Shown here in pieces: positions 63,380 to 64,000 of a stretch of DNA of 64,000 nt; the first letter of the stretch is position 1; each line of letters opens with the position of its first letter. The notes under the pieces were generated by a model, which was not told where the DNA came from, made no database searches, and saw only the letters and a list, made by a program, of their open reading frames with translations. This DNA is from Macrostomum lignano (Eukaryota): positions 1 through 64,000 of the forward strand of contig NIVC01000067.1 of the NCBI GenBank assembly GCA_002269645.1, given 5' to 3'. The translations under genes and the position numbers were made by a program.

Positions 63380-63960
63380 AGAAAATAGGTAAGAGAAAAG
63401 GGGAGATGAGATAGGAGAGAGGAGAGGGGGTAAGAGAGGAGAGAGAGGAGAGAGAGAAGAGAGGAGAAAGGAGAGGGGAGAGATAAGAGAGAACAGGATT
63501 GGAGGAGAGAAAGAGACAAAAGGAGAGGAGAGATAAGATAGAAGAGAGGAGAGTAGAGAAAATAGGAAACAGAAAAGGGGAGAGATGAGATAGGAGAGAG
63601 GAGAGGGGTAAGAGAGGAGAGAGAGAGAAGAGAGATAAGAGACGAGAGATAAGAGAGGTGAGATAAGAGAGGAGAGAGTAGAGGGGAGACAGGAGGGAGT
63701 AGAGACCAAAGACGAGATTGAAGAGATGAGAGGAGAGAATGGATGAAAGAGGAGAAATGAAAGAGTAGGGAGGAGAGATGAGAGAGTAGAGACGAGAAAG
63801 AGAGTAGATATGAGAGCGCAGAGAGGAGAGATGAGAGATAAGAGATAAGAGATGAAAGATGAAAGAGGAGAGATGAGAGCAGAGAGTATAGAGGAGAGAT
63901 TAGAGATAAGAGACCAAAGAGGAGACAGGATACAGGAAAGGATTTGGAGAGGATTTGGAA
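63380..63960. repeat. Purine-rich (GA) low-complexity tract
   Basis: Directly visible. Confidence 0.9.
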
Positions 63961-64000
63961 GATGGGATTCGGGTTATGGGATTCAGCTGACGGATTTCAG

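Overview
Eukaryotic (animal) genomic DNA with GT-AG spliced genes. The GC-rich exons and minisatellite-filled introns resemble an invertebrate such as a free-living flatworm; this is inference and the taxon cannot be proven from the sequence. Left to right: a frameshifted Ty3/Gypsy retrotransposon (-, running off the left edge); a 5-exon class-2 DYRK kinase (+); a full-length but inactivated mariner (D,D34D) element; a secreted PAN/Apple + ALK/LTK-type glycine-rich protein (+); an uncharacterised 4-exon Q/K/E-repeat gene (+); a complete 12-exon cobalamin-dependent methionine synthase (MTR, -, about 1275 aa); and a very large mosaic extracellular gene (+, at least 34 exons, about 2730 aa so far, Sushi/WSC/C-type lectin/F5-8C-like, running off the right edge). 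Also present are SINEs, hAT-type MITEs, a foldback MITE and many tandem repeats. The most unusual signal is six 62-63 bp copies, all inside MTR introns, of the 28S rRNA helix-69 segment that is the insertion hotspot for R2, Pokey and I-PpoI. The flanks are conserved but the cleavage site itself is scrambled in every copy. The second is a WSC domain split in two by an inserted C-type lectin domain encoded on frame-symmetric exons. All exon models and alignments were made by hand from the sequence; no database searches were run.
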